Of a stretch of 64,000 nt of DNA, positions 63,192-64,000 are shown one piece after another. Each line of letters opens with the position of its first letter. Position 1 is the first letter of the stretch. Source of the stretch: an uncultured Planctomycetaceae bacterium. GTDB lineage: Bacteria > Planctomycetota > Planctomycetia > Pirellulales > PALSA-1355. The notes below the pieces were generated by a model. The model did not search any database, was not told the DNA's origin, and saw nothing but the letters and a program-made list of their open reading frames with translations. Both the position numbers and the translations under genes were made by a program. The DNA lies in contig CAZRCI010000015.1 of NCBI GenBank assembly GCA_964598535.1, forward strand, positions 31,098 to 95,097. The letters are read 5' to 3'.

Positions 63192-64000
63192 ATGCACCTG
63201 GTACGATCCTTCGCGCTGGCGCTGCTCGTGGTGATTCCCGCGCATGGGCAGCTCGAGCCGATTCCGCCGCGGCCCGCCAGCCACGCCACGTCGCCCGTAT
63301 GCCGCGTGATCGCGGTCGCGGGCCACCATCGCTACCTGGGCAGCGGCACGCTCGTCGGCGAGACGACCGTCGTCACGAACTGGCACGTGGTGACGCCGCA
63401 GCCGGGAGAGCCGCCGGTCACGCACGTCGAGGTGCATTTCCCGGGCGGCTTCGCCAGCCTCGCGCGGATCGAGTGCGTCGACGCCGAATGGGACCTGGCG
63501 GCGCTCACCGTCGCCCGGCCACCCGTCGCGCCCGTGGCGATCGCCCTCGAGCCGCCCGCGCCGGGCGAGGTGCTCACGCTGGTGGGCTTCGGCCCGGACG
63601 GCGTGCTCCGCCAGCAGTCTGGCGAGCTGGTGCGCTACGAAGCGCCCAGCTCCAGCCCCGGGGTCCGCGAAATCGTCACCTGCCGCGCCGTCGCGCGCAA
63701 CGGCGATTCGGGCGGGCCGATCTTCGACCCGCGCGGCTGCCTGGCCGGCGTGCAATTCGGGACGGCCGACGGGCTGACCAGCGGCGCGCATTGCGGCCGC
63801 TTGCGCCAGTTTCTTGGCCGCTGCCTCGGCTGGCGTCCCGCGCCGCCCCGCGCGCAGGCCTTGCCGCCCGCGCCGTCGCCCGAATTGCAACGGCACGACA
63901 AGCTGCTCGCCGAGCGCGACGCGCTGGAACGCCGCCTGGCCGATGCCGAGGCGTTGGCCCCGCAGCTTTCCGCCGCGCGGCAGCAGCTCGAAGCGTGCGG
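63192..64000 (+). CDS. Secreted trypsin-like (S1/chymotrypsin fold) serine protease with coiled-coil tail, 3' end beyond the window
   Basis: Absent from the ORF track because there is no stop in the window. Hand translation: MHLVRSFALALLVVIPAHG (signal), TNWHV (His), WDLAAL (Asp), NGDSGGPIF (Ser), then LAERDALERRLADAEALAPQLSAARQQLE. Confidence 0.75.
   Translation, partial: MHLVRSFALALLVVIPAHGQLEPIPPRPASHATSPVCRVIAVAGHHRYLGSGTLVGETTVVTNWHVVTPQPGEPPVTHVEVHFPGGFASLARIECVDAEWDLAALTVARPPVAPVAIALEPPAPGEVLTLVGFGPDGVLRQQSGELVRYEAPSSSPGVREIVTCRAVARNGDSGGPIFDPRGCLAGVQFGTADGLTSGAHCGRLRQFLGRCLGWRPAPPRAQALPPAPSPELQRHDKLLAERDALERRLADAEALAPQLSAARQQLEAC

Larger units (their letters stand above)
52633..64000 (+). 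mobile_element. Integrative element / prophage inserted at tRNA-Leu (right end beyond the window)
   Basis: It starts at the tRNA 3' end with att-like repeats and a tyrosine integrase. About 20 tightly packed same-strand small genes follow, many with ATGA/TGATG overlaps. These include a replication module with iterons, an AP2 protein, a CsrA-like protein and a sigma factor. Confidence 0.8.

Noticed and set aside
62330-63896. Minus-strand ORFs 62330-63289 and 63126-63896
   Set aside because: They are antisense to the YiiX-like and trypsin-like genes, whose catalytic motifs are evident on the plus strand.

Overview
High-GC bacterial chromosome segment. The gene content points to Planctomycetota, Pirellulales-like: a paired DUF1501 / PSCyt-DUF1549-DUF1553 gene set, planctomycete-type cytochrome c domains and many secreted low-complexity proteins. 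All family names below come from motifs read in the translations; no database search was possible.

Layout:
(1) 0-40 kb is mostly housekeeping or ordinary genes. These are cytochrome c peroxidase, aquaporin, hemW, a sensor-less sigma-54 activator with its own -24/-12 promoter, SixA, a MoxR-DUF58-transglutaminase operon, ychF, fbp, a DUF1501/PSD pair, creatininase, an enolase-superfamily enzyme, uvrA, tRNA-Arg(CCT), a zinc-ribbon/LemA/M48 operon, putA, an ICMT-like methyltransferase, an orphan DUF1501 and ilvB. Two copies of a roughly 165-205 bp MITE with 26-bp terminal inverted repeats and 7-8 bp target-site duplications sit in this region, along with a decayed transposase fragment.
(2) 40.0-49.5 kb is a one-directional cassette of six secreted-protein genes. 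It holds two tandem paralogues sharing a novel C-terminal domain that ends in TVGEL, a Tyr/His-rich small protein, a protein with two CXXCH motifs, a secreted two-domain protein, and a signal-peptide WD40-PDZ-caspase. Two direct copies of a roughly 96-nt three-hairpin element bracket it, and the copies differ by compensatory base changes. This is my top candidate for an undescribed system.
(3) 49.5-52.5 kb holds a CDF transporter, a GAF-PP2C phosphatase and tRNA-Leu(GAG).
(4) 52.6 kb to the window end is an integrative element or prophage at tRNA-Leu. It has duplicated att-like repeats, a tyrosine integrase and a tRNA-like sequence. Its replication-initiator-like gene contains an iteron array plus an AT-rich tract, a candidate in-gene origin. 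It also encodes an HD hydrolase, an AP2-domain protein, a CsrA-like protein, a three-member Cys-motif paralogue family, a sigma-70-family factor, a YiiX-like peptidase and a secreted trypsin-like protease that runs off the window.

No rRNA genes or CRISPR arrays were seen.
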